This document shows, piece after piece, positions 1 to 10,172 of a stretch of DNA of 64,000 nt. Every line of letters begins with the position of its first letter. The stretch's first letter is position 1. Below the pieces are notes generated by a model. The model was not told the origin of the DNA. It saw only the letters and a list, made by a program, of their open reading frames with translations, and made no database searches. The stretch is from Candidatus Hadarchaeota archaeon (GTDB lineage: Archaea; Hadarchaeota; Hadarchaeia; Hadarchaeales; JAGGTB01), in contig CAYLJV010000003.1 in NCBI GenBank assembly GCA_964384105.1, forward strand, positions 64,001-128,000, given 5' to 3'. Made by a program: the position numbers and the translations under genes.

Positions 1-1
1 G

Positions 2-283
2 CACACTGTTCCTTTTGAAATAAGTGGACAGAGTGGGAGTGTTAAGATTACTTTGAAGCCGGCCCCTAGAGGTCTTGGTTTGGCCGCGTCTGAGGTACCC
101 CAGACTATATTGAGGTTGGCGGGGATAGAAGATGTTTGGACGGCTTCCAAAGGTCAGACTCGAACTACAATTAATTTCGCTCTAGCAACTTTTGATGCCC
201 TTAAACAGACATCAGAAGTGGCTTTGAGAGAAAGAGATAAAGAGAGGATTTTAACTGGTAGAATCGGTGATGAAGGTGCCTAA
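2..283 (+). CDS. rps5: 30S ribosomal protein S5 (uS5), C-terminal part, 5'-truncated by window
   Basis: Frame open from nt 2: [27 protein letters not shown]...LAGIEDVW...GQTRTTINF; precedes L30/L15/secY. Confidence 0.95.
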   Translation, partial: HTVPFEISGQSGSVKITLKPAPRGLGLAASEVPQTILRLAGIEDVWTASKGQTRTTINFALATFDALKQTSEVALRERDKERILTGRIGDEGA

Positions 284-743
284 ATTAGCTGTAGTTAGAA
301 TTCGGGGTTCAGTCGATATGAGAAGGAAGGTCAGTGAAATTCTTCGTATGTTAAATCTTAGTAGACCCAACCATTGTGTAATAATTGGTGATAGCAAGTC
401 TCAAAGGGGGATGCTACAAGAAGTAAAAGAGAAAATTACCTGGGGTGAGATAGACCCTAAAATTTTGGAAAAGCTTCTCCGAGAAAGAGGTAGAATTGAG
501 GGAGGAACTAAATTGACTGACGAATTGGTTGATGATAGCACTTCTTACGAGACTATAGGGGGTTTAGCTGAAGCAGTTTGTGCTGGAGAGGAAAGTTTAG
601 ATATAATACCCGATTTAAAAAAGGTCTTTAGATTGAGACCACCAAAGAAAGGATTCAAGCCCGTCAACCGCGCCGTTAGTGAGGGTGGAGCCTTAGGCTA
701 TCGGGGAGAAGGAATTAACGAATTACTCTTAAGAATGATTTGA
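267..743 (+). CDS. rpl30: 50S ribosomal protein L30 (archaeal uL30)
   Basis: AVVRIRG...ITWGE...FRLRPPKKG...GGALGYRG motifs; operon position. Confidence 0.95.
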   Translation: MMKVPKLAVVRIRGSVDMRRKVSEILRMLNLSRPNHCVIIGDSKSQRGMLQEVKEKITWGEIDPKILEKLLRERGRIEGGTKLTDELVDDSTSYETIGGLAEAVCAGEESLDIIPDLKKVFRLRPPKKGFKPVNRAVSEGGALGYRGEGINELLLRMI

Positions 744-752
744 GGTGAGAAA

Positions 753-1196
753 ATGACCAGAAAAAGCAGAAAAGCTAGGAAAAAGCGCGGGAAGAGAACA
801 CATGGAAGAGGGAGTTCTCGAAAAGCTCGACATTCGGGACATAAAGGTGGTAAAGGCCAAGCTGGGAGCCACAAGCATCTCTGGAGAAAGGTTATTACCT
901 CCGATCCCAGGTATTTCGGAAAACATGGTTTCAAGCGTCCACCTATGGTTAAGGAGGAAACCAATGCAATTAATATAGGCGAGCTAGATGAACGAGTTGA
1001 AGAGTTGTTAGAAGCGGGACTAGCGGAGAAGAAGGGGGATGTGATTGTAGTGGATGTTTCCAATTTGGATTTCGACAAAGTTTTAGGAATGGGCAAGGTT
1101 ACCCATCCTCTTAGGGTCATAGCTGAAAGCTTCTCAAAAAGTGCCGAAAGGAAGCTGGAAGAAGCTGGAGGCGCAGCAGAGACAGGTGAAGATTGA
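753..1196 (+). CDS. rpl15: 50S ribosomal protein L15 (uL15)
   Basis: RGKRTHGRG...GGKGQAG...FGKHGF...KVLG; upstream of secY. Confidence 0.96.
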   Translation: MTRKSRKARKKRGKRTHGRGSSRKARHSGHKGGKGQAGSHKHLWRKVITSDPRYFGKHGFKRPPMVKEETNAINIGELDERVEELLEAGLAEKKGDVIVVDVSNLDFDKVLGMGKVTHPLRVIAESFSKSAERKLEEAGGAAETGED

Positions 1197-2590
1197 TGTC
1201 AGATCAATCAGGCCGATCATCTCTATATATTTTAGAACCTCTAATCAGAAAGCTTCCGGAAATTCAATCCCCAAAGCGGCATATTCCTTTTAAAGAAAAG
1301 TTAATGTGGTCAGCTTTAGCTCTCATTATCTATCTTGTAATGGGTAGAATACCCCTATATGGTGCTGCTGAGGAGGCGTTGAACTATTTCGGTCAGTTAC
1401 AGTACGTTCTTGCGAGTCAGGCGGGAACTTTGATGCAGCTGGGTATAGGACCGATAGTTACTTCGGGTATTATCATGCAGCTTCTGGCTGGAGCTAAGAT
1501 TCTTAACCTGAATTTGAGCAATCCAGAGGATAAGGCCTTGTTCACAGGTACTCAGAAGATACTAGCTATCGTCGTGGGTGCTTTTCAGGCCGCGGTTTTT
1601 GTGCTTTCAGGCTCGCTTACAGGTGGAGCTTTAACTAGTACTGGAACTTTGGTTTTCCTAGTTCTTCAACTGGTTATAGGAGTTACAATAGTACTATTCC
1701 TAGACGAAATGGTGTCTAAATACGGTTTTGGTAGCGGTATAAGTCTTTTTATTGCAGGGGGAGTCTCTGCTACGGTCTTCTGGCAGGCTTTTAACCCGAC
1801 CACGATTGGAGGAACTTTTGGAGGAGCGATACCAAACTTCATTTCGGCTTTAATAGAGGGGACACCCACGGCTTTAAGTAATGCGTTCTTCAGAGGGCCT
1901 AACTTGCCTAATATGATGGGTGTTATTGCTACCATAGTAGTGTTCCTCATTGTTATCTATGCAGTTAATATGAGGGTGGAGATACCTCTTTCTTACGCGA
2001 GATACGGTGGTGTCAGAGGCAGATATCCCATAAAATTCCTTTATGCTTCAGTTATTCCTGTTATTCTTTCCACTGTAGTGTTTACTAACGTTTCAATAAT
2101 GGCGCGTTTGACTGGTTTTTCATTCTTAGGTACTTTTGGACCTAACGGAAATCCGACTGGAGGATTATACTACTATCTTCAGCCACCTTCCGGAATGAGT
2201 CAGGTGATTGCGGAGCCGTTGCATGCGTTGTTCTATCTCGGAATTTTGGTATTGTTCTGTATGGGATTCGCTTGGCTTTGGGTACAGATGACGAATATGG
2301 CTCCGAGAGACGTGGCTAATCAGCTTAAGCGTTCCGGAATGTCTATTCCCGGTTTCCGAAGGGATACTAGAGTAATGGAAAATATTCTAGCCAGATATAT
2401 AACGCCTGTAACGATCCTCGGTGGTGCCTTCGTAGGAGCCCTAGCTGCAGGAGCGAACTTCTTAGGCGCTCTAAGTAGTGGTACAGGTATACTTCTGGCG
2501 GTCAGTATTATCTATCGCCTGTACAGAGAAATCGCCAAGGAGCAATTAGCTGAGATGTTCCCAGCAGCTAGAAGATTACTTGGGGAATGA
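1193..2590 (+). CDS. secY: preprotein translocase subunit SecY/Sec61alpha
   Basis: LGIGPIVT, GSGISLFIA, YPIKFLY, SIPGFR, GTGILL motifs; about 10 TM segments. Confidence 0.98.
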   Translation: MMSDQSGRSSLYILEPLIRKLPEIQSPKRHIPFKEKLMWSALALIIYLVMGRIPLYGAAEEALNYFGQLQYVLASQAGTLMQLGIGPIVTSGIIMQLLAGAKILNLNLSNPEDKALFTGTQKILAIVVGAFQAAVFVLSGSLTGGALTSTGTLVFLVLQLVIGVTIVLFLDEMVSKYGFGSGISLFIAGGVSATVFWQAFNPTTIGGTFGGAIPNFISALIEGTPTALSNAFFRGPNLPNMMGVIATIVVFLIVIYAVNMRVEIPLSYARYGGVRGRYPIKFLYASVIPVILSTVVFTNVSIMARLTGFSFLGTFGPNGNPTGGLYYYLQPPSGMSQVIAEPLHALFYLGILVLFCMGFAWLWVQMTNMAPRDVANQLKRSGMSIPGFRRDTRVMENILARYITPVTILGGAFVGALAAGANFLGALSSGTGILLAVSIIYRLYREIAKEQLAEMFPAARRLLGE

Positions 2591-2645
2591 ATTTATTGAA
2601 GTGTAGTTTTAAGTAGAAAAGTGATTAGTTAAGTGTGGTATTAGG

Positions 2646-3506
2646 ATGAAGAAGGACATTAGGAACATATTGGTAGTTGGTTTAATAGCATTCATTGTTC
2701 TCAGTTTTGCGTTTTCGGCAGTTAATGCTCAGGACCCTGACCAGGAGGGTCGGGAAGAGAACTTTCGAGATCTTCTGAACGGAGTTGACGGTCTGATAAG
2801 GGCGATTAGATTTGATAGGGAGATTACTGAGAACAGGATTTCCAATCTAGAGGCTCAATATAACTCGCTGTTCTCCGATTCATCTAACAGTACATTGGAT
2901 AGCGAAATTAGGAACCTATTTTCGGATTTCAGGGATCCAAATAATGTTACAGAGGAGAAAGCTCGGATTTTGAGGGGTAAAATAGAGGAATTGGGAGATT
3001 CCGAAGGTATAGGTATCTCTTTTATCTATAGCCACGCTATATTCGTGATATTGGGAGTATCTTTTGCCCTTGCATTTTCCGTGAATATGATAAGCAGGGT
3101 TGTTGTTGACTGGGAAGAGGTAAATGCAGCTAAGAGAAAACAATCCGAGATTCAGGATAAGCTCAAGAAAGCTAGGAAAGAAGGGGATAGAAAGAAGGTC
3201 AGAAAATATCAGCAGCAACAGCAAGATTTCATGCAAGAGCATATGGGAACGATGTTTTCTCCTATGAAAACAACCCTTATAATCTTCATACCCTTTATAA
3301 TCGTCTTTAGAATATTGGACAGCACTTATGGTGGGTGGGTAGTTGCTTGGTTGCCATTTAATCTACCTTGGCCAGATATCGGTTTCCCGCTTCTTGATCG
3401 TTTCTTCAAGGGTACAGTTGCTTCCTTAGGATTTTTTGGCTGGTATCTTTTGGTGTACTTTGGTCTATCTCAGCTCATGAGGAAGATTCTAGTGCCGAGC
3501 GAATGA
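2646..3506 (+). CDS. DUF106/EMC3-TMCO1 (Oxa1 superfamily) membrane protein with N-terminal signal peptide and extra soluble domain
   Basis: TM, charged coiled coil, TM, then WLPF...LGFFGWYLL C-terminal motif; position after secY. Confidence 0.8.
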   Translation: MKKDIRNILVVGLIAFIVLSFAFSAVNAQDPDQEGREENFRDLLNGVDGLIRAIRFDREITENRISNLEAQYNSLFSDSSNSTLDSEIRNLFSDFRDPNNVTEEKARILRGKIEELGDSEGIGISFIYSHAIFVILGVSFALAFSVNMISRVVVDWEEVNAAKRKQSEIQDKLKKARKEGDRKKVRKYQQQQQDFMQEHMGTMFSPMKTTLIIFIPFIIVFRILDSTYGGWVVAWLPFNLPWPDIGFPLLDRFFKGTVASLGFFGWYLLVYFGLSQLMRKILVPSE

Positions 3507-3564
3507 ATGTTTTTGGCAAAGACTCAAATTTGTTAAATCAAATTGGGTAATAGGTGACTCTCAA

Positions 3565-4428
3565 TTGAAAAAATCTCAAAGAAATTTGCTTGGGATTATA
3601 CTCGCTATTATTGTCGTAATAGGGTTAGCGGCTGTTACTGTGAATTCTCTGAACTCGAGAGAGGACGGTAACAAGGCGTACGGTGCTCTGAAAAGATTAG
3701 ATGATTCGTATTCAGCTGTAATAGTGGAGGAGGACCCAAAGAGCTCCTTAAGGAATGCTCAGAACTGGTACGACAGTATTGTAGCCAGTGAAAACTTTGA
3801 CGATAGGCCTCAGTTGAAGAACCTTGACAATGATATATCACAATCTTTTGAGGGTCTTATCTCTGATAGCGGAAACGCTAGCGGCGGAGAGATTCGGACA
3901 TTAAGGGAGAAGGTAGTGAGTATGGGAAACTACCTTGGAATAGAATTACCTTTTGGATATGGATACTCGCATATAGTTATCCTCGGCCTTTCATTGGGAC
4001 TCTCATTTTTGGTTACAGTTCTCTGTAGAAGAGTTATAGACTGGGATAAACTTCGGGAGGCAAAGAGATTAGTTGAAGAATGGGATAGAAAAATTAGGAA
4101 AGCTCGTAGGGAGAAAAAAGGAAAGAAGAAGAGAAAGCTTGAGACGAAAAGTGACGAGATTACCGTTAATGAAGAGAAAATCTGGATCATAAACGGAAAA
4201 CAGGCAGTCTTTTACCTTTCAGTATTTCTCGTTTTCTTGGCTTGGTTGACGTACGTGTACAGCGGTTGGACGGTAGTTTGGTTACCATTTACCTGGTTCG
4301 GGTCAGGATCTTTGAGTGCTATAGGCGTCTCGCTCGGCTCTTTTGGCTGGTTCCTTCTCTCTTACTTCGGTTTCGCTCAAGTTTGGCGAGAGATTCTGTT
4401 GCCCAGAACCGACGTCGAGGAACAGTAA
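3565..4428 (+). CDS. second DUF106/EMC3-TMCO1 paralog with N-terminal extension
   Basis: Same architecture as 2646..3506 (RVIDW, Y.GW..VWLPF, SLG.FGW.LL.YFG). Confidence 0.75.
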   Translation: MKKSQRNLLGIILAIIVVIGLAAVTVNSLNSREDGNKAYGALKRLDDSYSAVIVEEDPKSSLRNAQNWYDSIVASENFDDRPQLKNLDNDISQSFEGLISDSGNASGGEIRTLREKVVSMGNYLGIELPFGYGYSHIVILGLSLGLSFLVTVLCRRVIDWDKLREAKRLVEEWDRKIRKARREKKGKKKRKLETKSDEITVNEEKIWIINGKQAVFYLSVFLVFLAWLTYVYSGWTVVWLPFTWFGSGSLSAIGVSLGSFGWFLLSYFGFAQVWREILLPRTDVEEQ

Positions 4429-4445
4429 ATTGCTTGGGTGTAAAC

Positions 4446-4976
4446 ATGGTTAAAGTGGCTATCAGTGGCTTTGCCGGTACGGGGAAATCTACTGCTGCGA
4501 GAGCTATCTCGGAAAGATTCGGGCTTGAACATGTTTCTGCGGGTAAAGTATTCAGAGAAATGGCAGAAGAGAAAAACATGGATCTTATCGAGTTTTCTGA
4601 TTATGTGGAAAAACATCCCGAAATTGATAAGGAAATTGACGACAGGACAGTGGAGGAAGCAAAAAAGGATAATGTTCTGATAGAGGCTCGGCTAGCGGGA
4701 TGGATGGTAGAAGACGCGGACATTAATGTTCTTCTGATAGCACCTCTCGGAGAAAGAGTGAGGAGAATTTCTAATAGAGAGGGGTTTACGTTTGAGGAGG
4801 CTATGAAGGAAACAAAGGCTCGTGAAGAGAGTGAAAAACAGAGGTATAAGGATTTATATGGTATTGATGTGACTGACTACTCCGTGTTCGACTTGATTAT
4901 CGATACAGGGAAGTTTAACAAGGAAGCAACATTCGAGATATTGGAGTTGGCCGTTAACAAAGTGTTAGAGGAGTAA
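4446..4976 (+). CDS. cmk: cytidylate kinase (archaeal type)
   Basis: True start most likely MVKVAISGFAGTGKST (P-loop); SAGKVFR, RYKDLYGID motifs. Confidence 0.93.
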   Translation: MVKVAISGFAGTGKSTAARAISERFGLEHVSAGKVFREMAEEKNMDLIEFSDYVEKHPEIDKEIDDRTVEEAKKDNVLIEARLAGWMVEDADINVLLIAPLGERVRRISNREGFTFEEAMKETKAREESEKQRYKDLYGIDVTDYSVFDLIIDTGKFNKEATFEILELAVNKVLEE

Positions 4977-4999
4977 AAGTTAGGTGAGGAAAGATATTT

Positions 5000-5986
5000 A
5001 TGAATAAGTTACCTTCGGATGTGAAAAGAGAAGTTTTGATAAAGGCTACGGATTTTACTAACTCGGATTATGGATATGATCCTGAATCCCGTCCTATGGA
5101 AGAACATTTGAAGATGGGAGTTGTTAATCTCGACAAAAACCCGGGGCCCACATCACACGAGATTGTGAGCTGGATAAAGAGAATAATGCGTATCAAGAAA
5201 GCGGGGCATGGGGGAACACTTGATCCTAAGGTGAGTGGAGTTTTGCCGATCGCACTTCAAAAGGCCACTAAACTCACTCAAACTCTTTTGCCGGCAGGAA
5301 AGGAATATGTGGCTTTAATGCACCTTCATGACGAAGTCGACTCGCAGAGACTTGATAGCGTATTGGAAGAGTTTAGAGGAGTTATTGTCCAGAAACCGCC
5401 TGTTAGATCTTCAGTCAGAAGAAGAGAGAGAAAAAGGGAAATCTACTATTTAGAAATTATTGAGAGAGATGGACGTGACGTGTTAATGAGAGTTGGGTGT
5501 GAGGCTGGGACTTATATCAGGAAGTTGTGTCACGATATAGGGAAGTCTTTGGGTAGTGGGGCCCACATGGCAGAGCTTAGGAGAACGAGGGTTGGGGCTT
5601 TCGAGGAGGATGAGACCTTGGTTAACCTCTACGATCTCACTGACGCTTACATGTTTTGGAAGGAGGAAGGTTTTGAGAAGCCATTGAGGGAGGCAGTTTT
5701 ACCGGCAGAGAAAACGGTCGAACATCTACCGGAGATAGTAATTAGGGATGGTGCCGTAGACGCGATCTGTCGAGGAGCTAGTTTGGCTGCACCCGGAGTC
5801 CTTTCAGCTGAGACAGGAATAGAAGCCGGATCTCTTTTGGCCATAATGACTTTGAAGGGCGAGTTGGTCGCGTTGGGTAAAGGTAGGATGAACTCGCGGG
5901 AAATTATTGATGCAGATCATGGGATAGTTGCCGATCCTGAGAGGGTAGTCATGGAACCTGGAACTTACCCTAAGAAGTGGAAGTAA
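5000..5986 (+). CDS. cbf5: H/ACA RNA-guided pseudouridine synthase Cbf5 (TruB family with PUA domain)
   Basis: GPTSHE, GHGGTLDPKVSG, GTYIRKL, C-terminal PUA domain. Confidence 0.96.
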   Translation: MNKLPSDVKREVLIKATDFTNSDYGYDPESRPMEEHLKMGVVNLDKNPGPTSHEIVSWIKRIMRIKKAGHGGTLDPKVSGVLPIALQKATKLTQTLLPAGKEYVALMHLHDEVDSQRLDSVLEEFRGVIVQKPPVRSSVRRRERKREIYYLEIIERDGRDVLMRVGCEAGTYIRKLCHDIGKSLGSGAHMAELRRTRVGAFEEDETLVNLYDLTDAYMFWKEEGFEKPLREAVLPAEKTVEHLPEIVIRDGAVDAICRGASLAAPGVLSAETGIEAGSLLAIMTLKGELVALGKGRMNSREIIDADHGIVADPERVVMEPGTYPKKWK

Positions 5987-6053
5987 CTCGATTTCCAAAA
6001 TAGACTTTTGGAAATATTAACCTGCTTAATGCTTGTTGAACTGAGGGGTTAGA

Positions 6054-6916
6054 ATGGAGTATTTAGCCATAATTTTCACGTTAGGTGCTACCTTCTGTTG
6101 GGGTTTAGCCCAGGTTATTGGAAAGATAGCTTTACGAGATGTTTCATCTTTAACTTTCAATACGATACGTTTTTTGGCCAGTACTTCCGGTTTGTTTGTG
6201 GGTTTGAAGTCATTCGGTTCTATAGAGATTTTAGCTTTCGAGCCACCATTCCTTGCAGCGGTTCTATCTGGAATTCTCGACTGGTTTGTGGCAACCTTAT
6301 TGTTTTTCTATATATTGAGGAGGGATGCTGCTCACAGAGTAATTCCTGCTGGAAATTCCTATCCTTTTTGAGCGATTATAATGGCCTTCTTATTTTTAAA
6401 TGAAGAGATTACTTTCATTATTCCAATCTCGGCCGTCCTGATTTTTGTTGGAACGTTTCTTCTTAGTGGCCGAGATAATAAGGATAAGGATTCTTGGAAG
6501 TATGGAGTTCCAGTGGCATCCTTTGTTGCTTTTTTATGGGGATTGAATGCCGTATTTAATAAGTTCGCTTTGAACGAGGGAATGCAGCTTTTTTCGCTAC
6601 TTTTTGTTAGAGTCGCTTCTGCTGCTATGATCTTTCTTTTAGCTTTTGGTATCAGGAGTATCCGATCTTTTCCGAAGTTAACTAGAAAAAGCGTTGGTCT
6701 CAGTGCGCTTTCTGGTGTGACTGCGTCTGTGATTGGAAGTTTTCTCTATTTATCAGCTTTATCCCGAGAAGCTGCTAGTAAATTAGCTCCCATAACCGGT
6801 TCTACTGTTTTATTCGGTTTTTTACTGAGTGTAGTTATTCTTGGAGAAAATCCTACTAGGAAGGCTTTTTTGGGACTACCGCGATCTTCTTCGGTATACT
6901 TATTATGGTTTTATAG
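6054..6916 (+). pseudogene. EamA/DMT family transporter, interrupted
   Basis: ORFs 6054..6371 and 6381.. are in frame across a TGA (SYPF*AIIMAFLFL). A frameshift near 6870 moves the expected last TM helix (GTTAIFFGILIMVL*, stop 6914-6916) to another frame. Confidence 0.75.
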
Positions 6917-7017
6917 ATTTTCAAGAGCAGAAGGATTTAGTACCTTGGAATAAGATTTTATTCGATAGGGTTTCTATTGAAAACGGACTGTAAGATCAGC
7001 AGTTAATGATCTATTTA

Positions 7018-7105
7018 GCCGGGGTGGCAGAATCTGGCAATGCGCCAGCTTGGAGAGCTGGTGGCCGTTATGGCCTTCTGGGTTCAAATCCCAGCCCCGG
7101 CGCCA
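7018..7105 (+). tRNA. tRNA-Ser(GGA)
   Basis: Acceptor GCCGGGG/CCCCGGC, anticodon arm CCAGC-TTGGAGA-GCTGG, long variable arm, GGTTCAAATCC T-loop, encoded CCA. Confidence 0.97.
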
Positions 7106-7499
7106 CACTCTACCATCCTCATTTGAAGAATTATCAGAATCGGGATTTAAAGAACTGTTTTCAGATAGAGTGGATTTTTTATCTTTTTTTGAACTGATTT
7201 CTTTTGTCTACAAAAAACTAGATAGTATTACCTTCTGTAGATATCAATAAAAACTCATTTTGAATATACTTAGATAGTTGCAAAATCTTGTTTTCGACCG
7301 TAAAAATCCTGATCTTTATTCACAATAGATTCGTATTCTCTTTATTTTTTTGTTATGGGTGTAACAAAATTTCACTTTATCAATCTCTATAGTTTGTCCG
7401 ATACGTTTTAATATTGCCAATTAGAAAAGTTTTCAATTGCTTAAGTGATTAGTAAATTTAAAAAACCATTTCTAATGGAGGAGTAACTGGTGTTAAGAT

Positions 7500-7769
7500 A
7501 TGAGTGAAGTTAAATGCGCTGTACCTGGCTGTGATAATACTTTGACGGAAGATCAAAGGAATAAAAGAATTTCAGTGTGTTCTGACTGCGAGGCCGCGCA
7601 GATGCATCTTTGTGAATCTTGTGGGAAGCGTATTAGCGCTGATAGGATCAGTGATGGGGCGACTTTGTGTAAAGAATGCGAAGTTAACCCTAACGATTTG
7701 GTGGAAGGGGATACTTACAGTTACGAGGAGTACGAGGAAGAAGGAACTGAAGAAGATTTCATGGTTTGA
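7500..7769 (+). CDS. small double C4 Zn-finger protein with acidic tail (TraR/DksA-like finger)
   Basis: CAVPGC...CSDC and CESCGKRISADRISDGATLCKEC; GGAGGAG RBS upstream. Confidence 0.7.
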   Translation: MSEVKCAVPGCDNTLTEDQRNKRISVCSDCEAAQMHLCESCGKRISADRISDGATLCKECEVNPNDLVEGDTYSYEEYEEEGTEEDFMV

Positions 7770-7885
7770 ACTACTATTTTTCTAGTAAGTCTCTTCACTG
7801 AATCCGGCTTTTTTCTTCTTTTCAAGCGTATGTTTTGGGTAGTACCCTATTTTGTGTCTTTTAAAATTGTTAGGAAGTTATTTTC

Positions 7886-8362
7886 CTATAATTTTTCTTT
7901 AATTATTTTCAGAAATTCATCATTTTCTAGATTAGGGTAGGGGTCTAGCAGACAAAGTTGTATATCGACTAGAACATCGCATTTCTCTTTTGAATAGTCA
8001 ACTATCTCTTCTAATTTTTTTATACTACTACCCTTCTTCCTGTTTGGTATTCCTATGATCAAAAAAGGTTCAGTAACCTTGTTCTCTTCAATTTTTAAGG
8101 CAAAATCCGTAGTGAATATATCACCGAGTAGTTTCTTTGGCCCAATATTACCATCTATCTCGATGACGCCCAGAACTTTTTCTTTCTTATCCAGAACAAG
8201 GGCATCGGGATAGGTGATAATGTCCTCCGTTTTTGGTTTTTCTTCAGGTGGCCTCGGTAAATACTGCCTCTCGTCTCTATTAGAGATTTCTATATTAATA
8301 CCAATTTTTTCTCCAATTTTCCTCAGTTTTTCTTGTTGATTGGTAATCCAGTCGGAGGCCAT
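7886..8362 (-). CDS. hypothetical protein, possible PD-(D/E)xK-like fold
   Basis: 158-aa ORF with YPDALV...GVIEID pattern. Confidence 0.45.
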   Translation of the reverse strand: MASDWITNQQEKLRKIGEKIGINIEISNRDERQYLPRPPEEKPKTEDIITYPDALVLDKKEKVLGVIEIDGNIGPKKLLGDIFTTDFALKIEENKVTEPFLIIGIPNRKKGSSIKKLEEIVDYSKEKCDVLVDIQLCLLDPYPNLENDEFLKIIKEKL

Positions 8363-8440
8363 AGTATCATCTTTTTAATTTATCTTGTCATAAAGATTCT
8401 CAATTTTTTGGAATTTTCTTGATTGCTTAAGAATATTTCA

Positions 8441-8914
8441 CTAAGAGATCTCCTGAACTTTACATGCGGCTTTTTTCCGGAGATAGTTTATTTCTTTTCC
8501 GTGAAGGATTTCAAAGAGGCGTTCTCTTAGGTTCTTCACTAAAACTAACTCTATGGAGTTTTCTTCTACGGCTTTAAGCACTTCTTGAGCCGGATCTCCC
8601 GAAACGTACATTGGCACGATGGAGATACCGTATTTAGCCGCCTTTTTCTTTGCGTCCTCTGCGAATTCTTTTGCCGATTTATTCTGAATCTTCTTCTGAG
8701 TTTCTCTAACTGTCTTTACTATTTCGCTTTCTTCCCCAATCTGGCCGGTTCTATATCTGATACTTCTGGAAGGAGCTTCGTCAATTATATGGACGAGAAA
8801 AATTTTCCCGCCTTTCTTTGTTTTAGTTAGGGCCTTCTCAAATGCGGTCTTTGGAAAGGACCTCCCAAAGTAGGGGACCAATGTTTTTTCTACTTTTTCT
8901 TGATTTTTTGTCAC
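8441..8914 (-). CDS. universal stress protein (UspA family)
   Basis: LVP...IFLVHII...GDPAQEVLKA...ELVLV...AACKV; paralog of 27589..28071. Confidence 0.85.
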   Translation of the reverse strand: MTKNQEKVEKTLVPYFGRSFPKTAFEKALTKTKKGGKIFLVHIIDEAPSRSIRYRTGQIGEESEIVKTVRETQKKIQNKSAKEFAEDAKKKAAKYGISIVPMYVSGDPAQEVLKAVEENSIELVLVKNLRERLFEILHGKEINYLRKKAACKVQEIS

Positions 8915-9085
8915 TCAGGATACCCGATTTTTTTACTCACTCTAATTGAATGTCATTCACGTTTTTTATCTTATTCGGTTTGATTTCTTTCACCGATAAA
9001 AATTCATAAAATCCTTTAATTTCTCTATAGGAAAATCCTGTAGTCCAGAGGTTGCCACAAGTTTAGAATCTGGATTATTGAATAT

Positions 9086-9325
9086 CTATTTTTCAGAAGA
9101 AGCTATTATATTAGTAATTGTTCTCTCTATACCGTTAATTCCTCTTATGTTTTCTAAGATGAAGTTCAGAAGGTGATCAAGATTTTCCCCTTCTATGATC
9201 GCCATTACGTCGTGGGGACCGGTCAGCATTTCCGTCTGTTTAACATGCCGTAATAACTTGAGTTTTCGATGAACGTATTTCATACAGCCGCTTTCCGTTT
9301 TTATTAAAATCAAGGCTTCTATCAA
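9086..9325 (-). CDS. Lrp/AsnC ligand-binding (RAM) domain protein
   Basis: ALILIKTE...LTGPHDVMA...IRGINGIERTIT. Confidence 0.85.
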   Translation of the reverse strand: MIEALILIKTESGCMKYVHRKLKLLRHVKQTEMLTGPHDVMAIIEGENLDHLLNFILENIRGINGIERTITNIIASSEK

Positions 9326-9438
9326 GAAAATATTCTCCTTTTGATAATTAGTATGTAGCTCTTACTAAGTTAAATTTCGGTTTGATAGGACAAATATGCT
9401 TTATTTTTTATTGAAGAGCGGCAGTTTCCGATTTTCTT

Positions 9439-9972
9439 CTATCCCCATTCTTGGTTTTGCTTTTTTCTGGATTCATCTGGATAGACTTCGACTATTTTTT
9501 GGATAATATTCGTGTTTGTAAGGTTGATTATGCTTCCTTTTTCGGTTTGGATTCTAGTAAAGAATAGGTTTGTCTCTATAACAGTTCCAGTAACGTTCTC
9601 CGGAAGGATAGTTATTTTGTCTCCTATCTGGAAGGGTCGCCAGATCATCAACACCAGCGCCGCTAGTATGTTTCCTAAGATGCTCCAGACAGCGACAAAT
9701 CCTATGATTATCATTGCAGCGATTGAGGAGATGACTATCCAAAGCCTTCCTATGCCGATCCCGAAAATTGAGGCTACTATCAGTATTCCAGCTATTACGA
9801 TGATCCATCGTATAACGATCTTGATAGCGTGTACGTGGGATTGTGGGAGTTTCTTTTTCTCACTGTAGCTGGAGACTCTGGACTCTAATGCTTGGTCTAG
9901 AATTATCCCTGCGGCAATTACAATCAGGGCAGGTACTATGACTGTGAGAAAGTAGGACAAAGCGATTAACAT
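9439..9972 (-). CDS. small-conductance mechanosensitive channel (MscS family)
   Basis: 3 TM segments then RPFQIGDKI...GTV...FFTRI. Confidence 0.88.
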   Translation of the reverse strand: MLIALSYFLTVIVPALIVIAAGIILDQALESRVSSYSEKKKLPQSHVHAIKIVIRWIIVIAGILIVASIFGIGIGRLWIVISSIAAMIIIGFVAVWSILGNILAALVLMIWRPFQIGDKITILPENVTGTVIETNLFFTRIQTEKGSIINLTNTNIIQKIVEVYPDESRKKQNQEWG

Positions 9973-10172
9973 GTTAACATTAAGTAATTAGATTTTTCAT
10001 CTGATAAAATTTAGTGGGATTCAAATTATTTATTTTCAAGCTTAATGCCTTTGGATTAGCGTAACCGCTCTGAAATTAGAGCGAGGTTGGAGAGAGTGAG
10101 GTTTCCTTTTGAAGATATTTAACTCCCTTTATTCTCCGGCAACTGGGCTGTTCAGTCGAAATAATAACTGAT

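Noticed and set aside
4242-4445. N-terminal extension of cmk in the ORF track
   Set aside because: Overlaps the upstream DUF106 gene; homology starts at ATG 4446
6369-6371. In-frame TGA in EamA (and at 49421-49423) as evidence of selenocysteine or stop-codon reassignment
   Set aside because: Contexts suggest TGG>TGA and GGA>TGA point mutations, EamA also has a frameshift, and TGA terminates many core genes here (rpl30, rpl15, secY, fbp, rps13)
7006-7250. ORFs 7006..7197 and 7050..7250
   Set aside because: They overlap tRNA-Ser and have no protein-like features; no att duplicate of tRNA-Ser was seen in the window
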